Below, one piece after another: positions 41,937-51,546 of a DNA stretch of 63,536 bases. A program made the position numbers and the translations under genes. Numbering within the stretch: position 1 is the first letter of the stretch; the number at the start of each line of letters is the position of its first letter. The notes under the pieces are model-generated. The model was not told the origin of the DNA, made no database searches, and saw only the letters and a list, made by a program, of their open reading frames with translations. The stretch covers positions 1 through 63,536 of the forward strand of contig DXZC01000001.1 in the NCBI GenBank assembly GCA_019415505.1, read 5' to 3'. This DNA comes from Peptococcaceae bacterium (lineage in GTDB: Bacteria > Bacillota > Dehalobacteriia > UBA7702).

Positions 41937-42566
41937 ATGACTATATCGGAGAAAAAAGCTTATCCCCGCACGGGAGATAAGCAAACAGTTTATTTAAAGA
42001 ATGTGGTTACAGATCCCAGCATTTCGGTTGGCGAGTACACCATGTATCACGACTTTGTCAATGACCCAAAAGATTTTCAAAAAAATAATGTGCTGTATCA
42101 TTACCCCATTAACAATGACAGGCTGATTATCGGAAAATTCTGTTCGATCGCGTGTGGCGCGAAATTTATATTTACAAGCGCAAACCATACGCTGAAATCC
42201 CTGTCTACCTACCCTTTTCCATTATTTTTTGAAGAATGGAATTTGGATAAAGCAAATGTAACAGACTCCTGGGATAATAAAGGCGATATTATGATTGGCA
42301 ATGATGTGTGGATTGGCTATGAAGCTGTCATTATGTCTGGCGTTACCATTGGTGACGGAGCCATCATTGGCGCTCGCGCAGTAGTAGCAAAACATGTTCC
42401 ACCCTATACCATTGTGGGCGGTATTCCTGCCAAGCCTATCAGAAAAAGATTTTCTGATGAAGTAGTCTCTTCTCTGCTTGAAATCAAATGGTGGGAATGG
42501 TCTGACGAGAGAATTAGGGAGAATATTTCTGCAATTCAGTCCGGAAATATCCGTGGCTTGAAATAG
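41937..42566 (+). CDS. vat: Vat-family streptogramin A / xenobiotic O-acetyltransferase (hexapeptide repeat)
   Basis: VLYHYP, IGKFCSI, ANH (catalytic His), GNDVWIG, GDGAIIGA and IKWWEW blocks are collinear with Vat(D)/CatB-type enzymes. Confidence 0.85.
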   Translation: MTISEKKAYPRTGDKQTVYLKNVVTDPSISVGEYTMYHDFVNDPKDFQKNNVLYHYPINNDRLIIGKFCSIACGAKFIFTSANHTLKSLSTYPFPLFFEEWNLDKANVTDSWDNKGDIMIGNDVWIGYEAVIMSGVTIGDGAIIGARAVVAKHVPPYTIVGGIPAKPIRKRFSDEVVSSLLEIKWWEWSDERIRENISAIQSGNIRGLK

Positions 42567-42699
42567 TTGCGCAGATAAATTTAGGGGGCAACTTATCCTG
42601 TTTTTTAGTTTTTCGGGCTGATTCAATTTTAGCTTAGTTGGATGAATACATACTACGCTATCTTGTTGTTATTAATAGTGGCAAGCAGTGCATAGTAAC

Positions 42700-43480
42700 A
42701 CTCTGGGATTTTCTACTTTTTTACCGCCGCGAAAACCTGTAAAATCTGCTTGTTGGGGATAACCAATCCCGGCAAGGACAGCTTACGCCTTGACAAATGC
42801 TCTACAAGAGAGATGCTTCACCCCTTGTGGGTGTTGATAGACGGGGAGAACTTATCGGCTGGAAAAGCTACCTCTTCATGTTTGCCAACGTCTGCAAGGC
42901 GCGCAGCCGCCCAGTCGGGGCAATGGAAAGGGACGGAGCTGGCGGTCATGTTCTGGGGGTTGGGGTCCGGCCCCAACAAGCGTTTTGTAGGAGTGTATAT
43001 ACTCCTACCCTGCTTGCCACGAATGTTTTGCCTGAGATTGGTACTGCAATCGAGCCTGAAAATATCCCACAGCATGAGACGGTGCTCACGTCGGGGAAAT
43101 AATACAGAACAATAGAAGCCCGTTTTTCGATAGTTCAAGATAAAGCATAAAGGCCCCCACGGTTTCGCAACCGCAAAGGCTCATTCTGCTAGGTTTTTCT
43201 GTCTAAAGCCTGGCGCCGTTCTCTGGGCTTCTTTCCGGCGGCCTTATCCGCGTATATCTCCCTGCCAGCCCCGCCCGCAAAGGCTGTGCCGACTTTTGCG
43301 GTTTCGGGGAAGGAGTGGCTATTTTAGCCGCCATAAGGCGGCAAATGTCTCCATAGCAAGCTCCACAAACCAGCATGAAATGGGCGTTTTTTCAAATCCT
43401 GCCAATAACGCATCATAACCTGTAGCAGCATGGTTAAAAAGTTACACACCACAAAAAATCAGCAAGCCCTCGTCCAGCCT
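42700..43480. other. GC-rich, hairpin-dense segment with overlapping ORFs on both strands but no convincing gene (decayed mobile-element remnant or structured RNA)
   Basis: Three mutually overlapping ORFs of 100-120 aa (two plus-strand, one minus-strand) and a frame-shifted protein-like stretch. Many short GC stems are present (GTTGGGG/CCCCAAC, CGCAAA/TTTGCG, GCCGCC/GGCGGC). Confidence 0.3.
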
Positions 43481-43773
43481 CGCTGATATATAATAGCTAT
43501 ATTTTATTGTCTGTATAACTAATTATTATTACAGGATAAAACAGACTGATAAGGTTATAAAACTGGCCCGAAAGTAAAACAACAGGATAAATTTTCAGGG
43601 CAATTATAATTACCTTGCCCTACCTTACCGGAGAAAGAGCTGTATTTACCCTGGGGGGAATTGAGAGAGTAATAAAGCAGTAAAAACCTGCCAGTGCTGG
43701 GGAATAATTTTCCCGCTAAGTAAAATGTAACGGTACAGAAAAGTAATGTAGGATAACAATGAAAGGTAAAAAT

Positions 43774-44283
43774 ATGGAAAAAAATAATATCACATTAATC
43801 GGCATGCCCGGCGTAGGCAAAAGCACTATCGGCGTGATATTAGCTAAAATATTGGGTTATAAGTTCATTGATACTGATTTAATAATTCAGGAACAGGAAG
43901 GACGTCTTTTAAAAACCATCATAGCTGAGGACGGCATAGAAAGCTTTATGGCCTTAGAGAATAAAACTATTGCCAATTTAACCGCTGAAAAGGCCGTAAT
44001 CGCTACTGGCGGCAGCGCCGTATACGGAGCTGAAGCCATGGCCCGTTTGGGACAAATAGGCGCTGTGGTATATTTACAACTAGATTTAAAAACCCTCTCG
44101 CAACGCCTAAAAAATATTAAAAATCGGGGTGTGGTTTTTAAAGAGGGACAAAACCTGACGGATATTTTTCAAGAGCGCGTCCCCTTATACGAAAAATACG
44201 CTGACCTGATTATTAATGAGGACCATAAGGGACCTGAGGAAACCATAGAAGTAATTTTAGCTAGTTTAAACAAAACCACATAA
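43774..44283 (+). CDS. aroK: shikimate kinase
   Basis: LIGMPGVGKST P-loop, DTD and GGG(S)AV motifs. Start at ATG 43774. Confidence 0.85.
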   Translation: MEKNNITLIGMPGVGKSTIGVILAKILGYKFIDTDLIIQEQEGRLLKTIIAEDGIESFMALENKTIANLTAEKAVIATGGSAVYGAEAMARLGQIGAVVYLQLDLKTLSQRLKNIKNRGVVFKEGQNLTDIFQERVPLYEKYADLIINEDHKGPEETIEVILASLNKTT

Positions 44284-44300
44284 GTGAAAGATAACTATTG

Positions 44301-44324
44301 CGGCCCTAGGGGCCGTTTTATTTT
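44301..44324 (+). terminator. rho-independent terminator of aroK
   Basis: CGGCCC-tag-GGGCCG followed by TTTTATTTT. Confidence 0.65.
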
Positions 44325-44385
44325 GCGCCGCTAGTTACAAGTACACTGGTAGTTTTTATTGGCCTCTCCCCTAATTATACGCCAG

Positions 44386-44772
44386 CTAATTGGCAGCGCT
44401 TAGTTTAGCAATTAAATCCTCATCCGCAGGGCAAAAAGCATATTGTTTTAGGTCTGTAGGAGCAACCCAGGCAAGGCTGGTATGAACTTTTGCTTGCGGC
44501 TCCCCTTGGGTGATACGGGCTGTAAAAAAATTAAAGTGAATAACACCACTGACATAAGCAAAATCTATTGCCTGATAAAGCTCCTCAACTTCTATTGCCA
44601 CCCCTAGCTCTTCCCAACATTCACGGACCAAACATTCGGCGGCAGTTTCACCCTTTTCCCGCTTACCGCCGGGAAACTCCCACAGATAAGCACATTCGCC
44701 CCCAGGGCCCCGGCGGCAAATGAGGATTTCCCCAACGCTATTTTTAATAATAGCGGCTGATACTTGCACCAT
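44386..44772 (-). CDS. NUDIX hydrolase, MutT-like (8-oxo-dGTP diphosphatase type)
   Basis: Nudix box GGKREKGETAAECLVRECWEELG. Confidence 0.82.
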   Translation of the reverse strand: MVQVSAAIIKNSVGEILICRRGPGGECAYLWEFPGGKREKGETAAECLVRECWEELGVAIEVEELYQAIDFAYVSGVIHFNFFTARITQGEPQAKVHTSLAWVAPTDLKQYAFCPADEDLIAKLSAAN

Positions 44773-45210
44773 AACTTGACTCCTTTATTTTGATAATACT
44801 TATAGAACAAAATTTTAACATAATTGTAGGGTTAAAATTTAGCAACCTGGCAGATAATAATTAAGAGAGCTGTTAAACAGCGTAGCATAAAATACTACCA
44901 CCCCCAGAAAATTGCCATAAAACATATCTTTACTGGGACTTTTAGCTAAAACCCCGCAAAGATAAACTTTAAAATATTGTCAAAACATATCCACCCTATA
45001 AGTTAAAAGTGACTTAAAAATCATATTTGACTTGAATTTTGCCGGCACAAAAAAAAGAAACCGCACCACAAAACACTATCCCCTGTTATTACTTTCTGGC
45101 ATATATTTTGCATTATAACATAATGATAATATTTGATTCAATATAAAACATTAAATCTAAAATCCAAAAATTAATTTTGTAAAAAATATTAAATTATGGG
45201 AGGGCGTAAC

Positions 45211-46353
45211 ATGATCAATCCAGAAGGCAAAGAACTTCTCAAAGAAGATTCGTTTGAATTCCAACAGATCAAAACTTTGGTGGAGGACACCTACCAATTA
45301 GGCACATTGAACAAGGTATATGAAATTTTTGGCGGCTATGTAAACCGCAGCTTTGGCGTAGAAATGACCAAAGCCGATGGCGAACCCATTGACTACTTTG
45401 TCCGTAAATATCGCACCACTGCTACTGATGAAGATATTAAGGTAGAACATTCCCTGGTAACCTATGCCATTGAAAAGGGTATGGATGTGGCTGCCGGCGT
45501 GATTCCTCTGCCCTCTGGTAAGACCTTTACCAAAGTGGAAGAAGAAGTAGACGGCAAAACAGAGGTCTATCCTTTCGCTATTTACAGATACCTTTACGGT
45601 GATGATACCTATGACTGGATTAATACCAACATGAAACCGGAAGAGGATTACAACTTTGGCGCTTTGCAAGCAAAATTCCATAACTTTACCAATGGCTTTA
45701 ACCCTGGTGAAAAAGCGGAACCCCAAATTTACGATTTTCTGAAAGTCAAAAAAGAACATTTTGTTCATTGCCCCGATGGTCTCCCCATTCCGGAAAGAGA
45801 TCGTTATATCATCCTGTACAAATCCGCTTTGGATGAAGTATTGGCTTATTGTGACAAAGCCCGTAACGGCTTGAAAGATTCCGGTATGCTGGACAAGGCT
45901 CCCAAAACTCCTTGCCATTGCGACTATCACCCCGGCAATGTAAAATGGCAGGATGGCAAATGCATTGGTATTTTTGACTTTGACTGGTCTAAATTGGATT
46001 ATAGACTTTTCGACATTTGCTTTGGTTTGGCCTATACCGTATCCGCCTGGGAAGCAATGCAGGACGGTACCCTTCATTTAGATCGTGTTAAAACCTATCT
46101 CCAGGGCTACAACGATTATTTGAAAAAGGATGGCACTCTTACCCCCTTTATTGATGAAGAAGTTAAGGCATTCCCCTATATGATGTTAGCCGCTGACATT
46201 TACCTCTTCAACTGGGCCACAGACTATTTCAATTTCTGGGAAGATTACAATGAATTTGAATGGTACTACTATCTCGCTCATATCATGAGATTAATGCACT
46301 TCATCGATGAACATGCTAAAGATTTGGAAGAAATTATCGCTTCCGTACGCTAA
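45211..46353 (+). CDS. phosphotransferase of the APH/choline-kinase/homoserine-kinase-II fold, substrate unknown
   Basis: Catalytic loop HCDYHPGN and metal-binding IFDFDW. ATG at 45211 follows GGGAGGG. Confidence 0.65.
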   Translation: MINPEGKELLKEDSFEFQQIKTLVEDTYQLGTLNKVYEIFGGYVNRSFGVEMTKADGEPIDYFVRKYRTTATDEDIKVEHSLVTYAIEKGMDVAAGVIPLPSGKTFTKVEEEVDGKTEVYPFAIYRYLYGDDTYDWINTNMKPEEDYNFGALQAKFHNFTNGFNPGEKAEPQIYDFLKVKKEHFVHCPDGLPIPERDRYIILYKSALDEVLAYCDKARNGLKDSGMLDKAPKTPCHCDYHPGNVKWQDGKCIGIFDFDWSKLDYRLFDICFGLAYTVSAWEAMQDGTLHLDRVKTYLQGYNDYLKKDGTLTPFIDEEVKAFPYMMLAADIYLFNWATDYFNFWEDYNEFEWYYYLAHIMRLMHFIDEHAKDLEEIIASVR

Positions 46354-46374
46354 ATAATCACTTTAATAACCCAA

Positions 46375-46410
46375 TAGGGAGTAGGCATTTGCCTGCTCCC
46401 TATTTTTATT
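46375..46410 (+). terminator. rho-independent terminator of the phosphotransferase gene
   Basis: TAGGGAGTAGGC-4 nt-GCCTGCTCCCTA followed by TTTTTATTT. Confidence 0.8.
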
Positions 46411-46842
46411 TGGCTTTAACCTTATATCACCAGCGGGTGTGGTTAAAAAGCATAAAAAGCTAATATTTATCTCCTTTGCTATAGTGGTGTTAGGTATGGT
46501 AGCCGCACTGAAGCAAAGGATATGAATCAAATAAAATATTCCCCCGCCCTGAAACCAGTAGTTTGATTGACACCGACTTTTACAGCACAGGAGGTATTGT
46601 TATTTTAGCTATATTGCCAGCGCCAAAACTGGCGCTACCCTATGCGCTAAAGGCAATGATACAGCTTTGCCCCTTACCCAGAAGAGATAAGACGCACAAA
46701 CGAAACCGGAAAAAACTACCTAAAAACCACCTTAACTGTAAATAGTTTATGTAGATTATATTTGACTTATCAAGCCTTACCAGCTATAGGCTAGACCATT
46801 AAGGCCATCTAACCTAAACTGCCTCCTTAAATTACTTAACCC

Positions 46843-46887
46843 AAAAGCAGAAAACTAGGCCAATTTGAACCTGATAAATTGGCCTAG
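46843..46887 (-). terminator. rho-independent terminator of the DUF4127-SLH gene
   Basis: CTAGGCCAATTT-9 nt-AAATTGGCCTAG followed by TTTTCTGCTTTT in minus sense. Confidence 0.8.
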
Positions 46888-46955
46888 CCATTTCTAGGGT
46901 CGCCCCGCTATCTTAATTTTTGTAAATCCAGCGACAACTTCATGTGCATTAAGGG

Positions 46956-49541
46956 TTAATCTGTCTCTTCCTTGGTAAAGCTATGCTTTACCGAAGCTTC
47001 TAACACGTCTATACAGCCCCAATAGTCGGTAGAAATATCCTTAAAGGGATTATTGGCCAGGAGATAGCTTAATGATATACCATCGGAGTTAAAATCCCGC
47101 TTAAGAAGCCGGTTGAGCATTGTCACAGCTTCTCCCCTATTTACCCCCTTATCCGGCCGGAACGTGCCGTCGTCATAGCCGTTAACCAATCCCCAGGCCG
47201 CAGCTTGATAAATATCAGCATAATACCATTTACTGCTATCCACGTCACTAAATGACTTGGGATTACTGGGGAATTCCAAGTTTTCTGATTTAACGTACTT
47301 TACTAAAAAAGAGGCAAATTCTCCCCGGCTAAGGGTAATTTCCGGTCGAAAACTGCCGTTTTCGTAGCCTTTCAGATAGCCCCGCTCCACCACAGTCTCC
47401 ACATAGGGCCAGTACCAGGAGTCCGCCGCCACATCAGGGAACAACCCCTGATAATCGCCGGTTTCTAATTTTTGCGCTACAGCAATCATTTTGCTTAATT
47501 CCGAACGGTATACCTCCGCATTAGGCCGGAAGGTACCGTCATTGTAACCGTTGATATAGGGTTCGTGGGTATAAGTAACATAATTCGGCTTCTCCTCTGT
47601 ACTGTAAGGCGGACCCAATTTAACAGAGTTAACACTAAAATCACACTCAAACGTACGGTACCAGGGGAAATGAAAATCCTGCAAGGCTAAATTCGTAATG
47701 CCCATTTCGCTATAGGTATTTAAATCAGTAATAATATTGCTGGTCGTAAGGTTAGCCAGGGTATCCCTAGCGGCAAAGGAAAGATTTTTAGCCAGGCGCC
47801 TTTCCACCCGCTTATAGGTCAAATCATTTTTATAGAAGTTCGTGGTCTCTAAACCTAGCCCCCGCACAAAGCTACTTATATCGTCCCTCACCTGGGGCAA
47901 GTAGGATAAGTCTTTAACAAAGGCAAAAGTCAGCGAACGGATAAAATCCTCATGGGAAGCTTGGGTTTTTTCCTGGTCGCTACTTAAATATGAGTAGCGG
48001 GCAATGCCTTGGCTCAAGGCAATACCGGTAGCGTTCCCTATAGTATTCCAGTTACTGTAGCCCAATAAATAACCGAGATTGGTTTCAGTTATTAAACGCT
48101 CCTTTAAGGCCCCATAGTATGTGTCGCCGGAAGCGTCTATAATAATTGTGGGCACTTTATTGGCCACATTGTCAAGATAGGCATCTACCAGCTCACCGGC
48201 GTAAAAATAACGGAGACTAGTAACTTTAGGCGGCGTGAGAACCAAAACATCGATATCAGCCGCGCCGTTTTTGACTTGGCTAGCTCCTATACCGGAGATA
48301 TGCTTATCAATAACCTTATTCAGGGCTTCGGATTCAAAGGTTCCCTCAGCGTCATCCCGGTCGCCAAAGTATGCCACTTTGACCGTAACAGGCTGGGCTA
48401 CTTCGGCCTCATAAAGTCGGGCCAGGGACATCATGCACAGCTCATCGGTGCCATCGAATACGAGCCCCTGGTCGCCTAATTTTTGACTAATATATGCCAT
48501 TTCGTTGGTTTGAATACTTACATCTGGTGTTGAATCGTCTACTCCCACCAGGTAATAAACATTTTCCCCCACCACCTGTTGGGTAACCCAGTCGATTAGA
48601 CAGAGCTTACGCAAGCGAGAGGCCAAATAGTTTTTGATTAAGGCATTATCATCGGCAGTTAAAAGCTCCTTTTTAGCGTCGTTGCTATCAGACGCTAAAA
48701 CGTCTTGGCAAAGCCTACCCTGTTCATCGTAGATGTAACCCCGAAAAATATTCTCAATGGTTAAGTCGCTGCCGGACAACTCCCGACGCGGCACCTTACC
48801 GTATTCTCGCAGAGCGCTATACTCCCCAGAGCCATAGCCATTATAGCCCACAGTAGAAGCCAAGCGCATAACAGTATCAAAAAACACGATTTTATTATTG
48901 GGGTCCTGAGCTAAGATGGCTAACACATCTTGAATATAGCTGTATTCCACGGCGGAATCCTGCAACTCCTGGAGAATATTTTCCCAAGCGCCTGGGTTGG
49001 CGGGTATGTTAGCCGGAGGTAATTCTGTTGCGTTATCATTCTCCGGATTAGCTTCCGGATTATTCTCCGGATTATTCTCCGGGTTATTTTCCGGGTTATT
49101 TTCTTCCCCCTGGTCAGAACCGTTTTCAGGATAGGGGTTAGGCGAGTTAACAAAAGCCGCGGCCCGAGAGTTGACCAGACCGCCGGATAATACCTGGTCC
49201 AAGGAAATCACATAATTATCGCAGCCCGCTGCCTCCATAGCTAGGAGCCATTGGGCCAAGGCTTGACAATCGCCATATTGGCTGCCATTGTTGTTTAACG
49301 GCTGCCCGTCCAATTTAGTAGCGTACAAATCCTCGTCCGGGAAGATAATATCAAAACCAATAGAACCGGCAAAATACTCCACCCTGGTAGTGTTGACTGG
49401 GCGATTATCTAAGGGCACAAATACCACGCTGTTGTCCTGTATCTCTTCATCGGCAGCATAGACTCCGAGTGAACACATTAGCACAAAGGCAAGCGCCAAC
49501 CAGCTGGTGTGCCAAAGCCTATTTTTTACAGTTTTCCTCAT
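46956..49541 (-). CDS. DUF4127-family protein fused to three C-terminal SLH domains
   Basis: Signal peptide, then VFVPLDNRPVN as in DUF4127 N-termini. There is an (NPEN)n low-complexity insert and three SLH repeats at the C-terminus. Confidence 0.7.
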   Translation of the reverse strand: MRKTVKNRLWHTSWLALAFVLMCSLGVYAADEEIQDNSVVFVPLDNRPVNTTRVEYFAGSIGFDIIFPDEDLYATKLDGQPLNNNGSQYGDCQALAQWLLAMEAAGCDNYVISLDQVLSGGLVNSRAAAFVNSPNPYPENGSDQGEENNPENNPENNPENNPEANPENDNATELPPANIPANPGAWENILQELQDSAVEYSYIQDVLAILAQDPNNKIVFFDTVMRLASTVGYNGYGSGEYSALREYGKVPRRELSGSDLTIENIFRGYIYDEQGRLCQDVLASDSNDAKKELLTADDNALIKNYLASRLRKLCLIDWVTQQVVGENVYYLVGVDDSTPDVSIQTNEMAYISQKLGDQGLVFDGTDELCMMSLARLYEAEVAQPVTVKVAYFGDRDDAEGTFESEALNKVIDKHISGIGASQVKNGAADIDVLVLTPPKVTSLRYFYAGELVDAYLDNVANKVPTIIIDASGDTYYGALKERLITETNLGYLLGYSNWNTIGNATGIALSQGIARYSYLSSDQEKTQASHEDFIRSLTFAFVKDLSYLPQVRDDISSFVRGLGLETTNFYKNDLTYKRVERRLAKNLSFAARDTLANLTTSNIITDLNTYSEMGITNLALQDFHFPWYRTFECDFSVNSVKLGPPYSTEEKPNYVTYTHEPYINGYNDGTFRPNAEVYRSELSKMIAVAQKLETGDYQGLFPDVAADSWYWPYVETVVERGYLKGYENGSFRPEITLSRGEFASFLVKYVKSENLEFPSNPKSFSDVDSSKWYYADIYQAAAWGLVNGYDDGTFRPDKGVNRGEAVTMLNRLLKRDFNSDGISLSYLLANNPFKDISTDYWGCIDVLEASVKHSFTKEETD
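49040..49100 (-). repeat. in-frame 12-nt tandem repeat (about 5 units) encoding (NPEN)n
   Basis: CCGG recurs at 49043, 49055, 49067, 49079 and 49091. The protein reads ENNPENNPENNPENNPEANPEN. Confidence 0.85.
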
Positions 49542-49623
49542 TCTCTTTCTCCTTAGATTTTCTGTGTTTTATCTTAGTATAACAAAAATTGTTTTTTATC
49601 TCAACATAATACACAGTAAAGAC

Positions 49624-49658
49624 AAAAAAGCCGGCAGAATTATACATCTGCCGGCTTT
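49624..49658 (-). terminator. rho-independent terminator of cadA
   Basis: AGCCGGCAG-10 nt-CTGCCGGCT with TTTTTT in minus sense. Confidence 0.8.
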
Positions 49659-49695
49659 AATAATAGGGCTTTAAAGTAAGCCATAGTTATTATAA

Positions 49696-51546
49696 TTACA
49701 TAGCTTTTGTACCCAAGGCCCGCATGGCGTTGAGAATGGCAATAACCGCCACCCCCACGTCAGCAAAAACCGCCTCCCACATATTGGCCAGACCCAGGGC
49801 GCCCAAGGCGAGAATTAAAGCTTTTACCGCTAAAGCAAAGATAATATTTTGCTTTACAATCACCATGGTTTTACGGGATATTTTAATGGCTGTGGCCAAT
49901 TTGGAGGGCTTATCATCCATTAGAACAATATCGGCGGCTTCAATAGCCGCGTCAGACCCCAAGGCCCCCATAGCTATGCCTATATCCGCCCCCGCTAAAA
50001 CCGGGGCGTCGTTAATGCCGTCACCCACAAAGGCCACCTTACCTTTAGGGGATTTTTTCTCTAACAACTGGTCAACAATACGCACCTTATCGGCGGGGAG
50101 CAACTCTGTATGCACTTCGTCCAAGCCTAAATCAGCGGCTACTTTTTCCCCTACCGCTTGCCTGTCACCGGTCAGCATAACTGTTTGCTTAACGCCTAAG
50201 GCTTTAAGCAGGCTGATAGCTGCCGCCGCGTCGGCTTTCACCGTATCGGAAATAACAATATGCCCCATATACTCGCCTTCCAGGGCCACATGGACTATAG
50301 TGCCGGTATGGCTACAGTCATGCCAGGAAACTTTTGCCACGTCCATCAGTTTGCCGTTGCCTACATAGACAGTTTTACCTGCTATTTCACCCTTAATGCC
50401 GTGTCCGGAGATTTCCTCTACATTTTTTACGCTCCCTGGGGGAATATCACGGCCATGAGCTAACTGTAGGGACAGGGAAATAGGATGGGTGGAATAGCTT
50501 TCCGCCACTGCCGCAAGGCGCAAGAGTTCAGCCTCAGAGACTAATTCGGGATGAACTGCCGTAACCTCAAAAGTGCCCGCGGTTAAGGTGCCTGTTTTAT
50601 CAAAGACCACAGTTTCCGTATGGGACAAGGCCTCCAAATAATTGCCGCCTTTAACCAGAATACCCTGTTTTGAGGCGCCGCCAATGCCGCCGAAAAAGCT
50701 GAGAGGTACGGAGATAACCAGGGCGCAGGGGCAGGAAATAACCAGGAAGATTAAGGCCCTCTCCAGCCAATCCGCCCACAAGCCGCCTAGAAGCAGAGGG
50801 GGCAAAACCGCCAGCATTATGGCAGCTACCACCACTATAGGCGTGTAATAGCGGGCAAATTTGGTAATAAAGTTCTCCGCCTTAGCCTTTTTGGCTGAGG
50901 CGTTTTCCACCAAATCGAGAATTTTTGCCACAGTGGAATCGCCAAACTCTTTTGTAACCTCAATGGTAATCAGACCGCTGGTGTTTACGCAACCGCTGAT
51001 AATTTCATCGCCCACTTTTACATCCCTGGGCAGGGATTCACCAGTCAAGGCTGAGGTATCTACCACTGAGGAACCTTGCCGCACAATACCGTCCAGGGGT
51101 ATGCGTTCCCCCGGTTTCACCACTATATTTTCGCCAATGGCTACCTCCTCCGGGTCAACCTGGAGGGTTTGGCCCTGGCGCAGCACATTGGCGTGGTCGG
51201 GGCGAATATCCATAAGGCTGGCAATGGATTTACGGGAACGCTCTACAGCGTAATTTTGGAATAATTCCCCCACCTGGAAAAAGAGCATAACCGCCACAGC
51301 CTCTGGGTAGTCTCTGAGGCATAAGGCGCCAATGGTAGCTATTGACATGAGAAAGTTTTCGTCAAAAACCGAACCATGGGCTATATTGCGTATGGCCCGC
51401 CACAGCACATCCCAGCCTACTAATAGATAAGGCACCAAAAACAAGAAAAAATCAAAGGGAAAATCCAGCGGCAGTATAACAGCGACGATTAATAAAACCA
51501 AGGATGCTATTATCCTAACCAGCATTTTTTTTTGCTTACTGTTCAT
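49696..51546 (-). CDS. cadA: heavy-metal (Cd/Zn/Co-type) translocating P1B-ATPase lacking an N-terminal HMA domain
   Basis: CPC motif (SCPCALVIS), DKTGTLT, GDGINDAP and TGES. The protein starts directly with TM helices. Confidence 0.9.
   Translation of the reverse strand: MNSKQKKMLVRIIASLVLLIVAVILPLDFPFDFFLFLVPYLLVGWDVLWRAIRNIAHGSVFDENFLMSIATIGALCLRDYPEAVAVMLFFQVGELFQNYAVERSRKSIASLMDIRPDHANVLRQGQTLQVDPEEVAIGENIVVKPGERIPLDGIVRQGSSVVDTSALTGESLPRDVKVGDEIISGCVNTSGLITIEVTKEFGDSTVAKILDLVENASAKKAKAENFITKFARYYTPIVVVAAIMLAVLPPLLLGGLWADWLERALIFLVISCPCALVISVPLSFFGGIGGASKQGILVKGGNYLEALSHTETVVFDKTGTLTAGTFEVTAVHPELVSEAELLRLAAVAESYSTHPISLSLQLAHGRDIPPGSVKNVEEISGHGIKGEIAGKTVYVGNGKLMDVAKVSWHDCSHTGTIVHVALEGEYMGHIVISDTVKADAAAAISLLKALGVKQTVMLTGDRQAVGEKVAADLGLDEVHTELLPADKVRIVDQLLEKKSPKGKVAFVGDGINDAPVLAGADIGIAMGALGSDAAIEAADIVLMDDKPSKLATAIKISRKTMVIVKQNIIFALAVKALILALGALGLANMWEAVFADVGVAVIAILNAMRALGTKAM

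Noticed and set aside
39913-42566. An integron cassette array (gene - attC-like repeat - gene).
   Set aside because: There is no intI-type integrase, no GTTRRRY core sites and no consistent imperfect-palindrome attC architecture in the repeats. Integrons are also essentially unknown in Firmicutes. I kept this only as a loose analogy in the finding.
42750-43138. Three overlapping 100-120-aa ORFs as real genes.
   Set aside because: They mutually overlap on both strands in a GC-rich patch. They have no RBSs and no recognisable motifs, and the best protein-like reading shifts frame. I report the region as an ambiguous segment instead.
45298-46077. A 259-aa ORF antisense to the phosphotransferase gene. 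Similar long antisense ORFs occur at 38792-39349, 23807-24379, 49724-50368, 16768-17325 and 773-1300.
   Set aside because: Each lies entirely within, and opposite to, a gene with clear family motifs. They lack RBSs and recognisable motifs, and their composition (Phe/Ile/Gly- or Ser/Ala-rich) is what the reverse complement of the sense codons produces. I treat them as shadow ORFs.
46563-46745. A 60-aa ORF (hydrophobic N-terminal part, Lys/Arg-rich C-terminus) as a type I toxin-like peptide. Also the ORFs at 58746-58940, 40185-40397, 40284-40541 and 41531-41734.
   Set aside because: The AGGAGG at 46589-46594 is not followed by a canonical start at proper spacing. The other ORFs run through terminators or repeats. 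I have no supporting evidence beyond an open frame.
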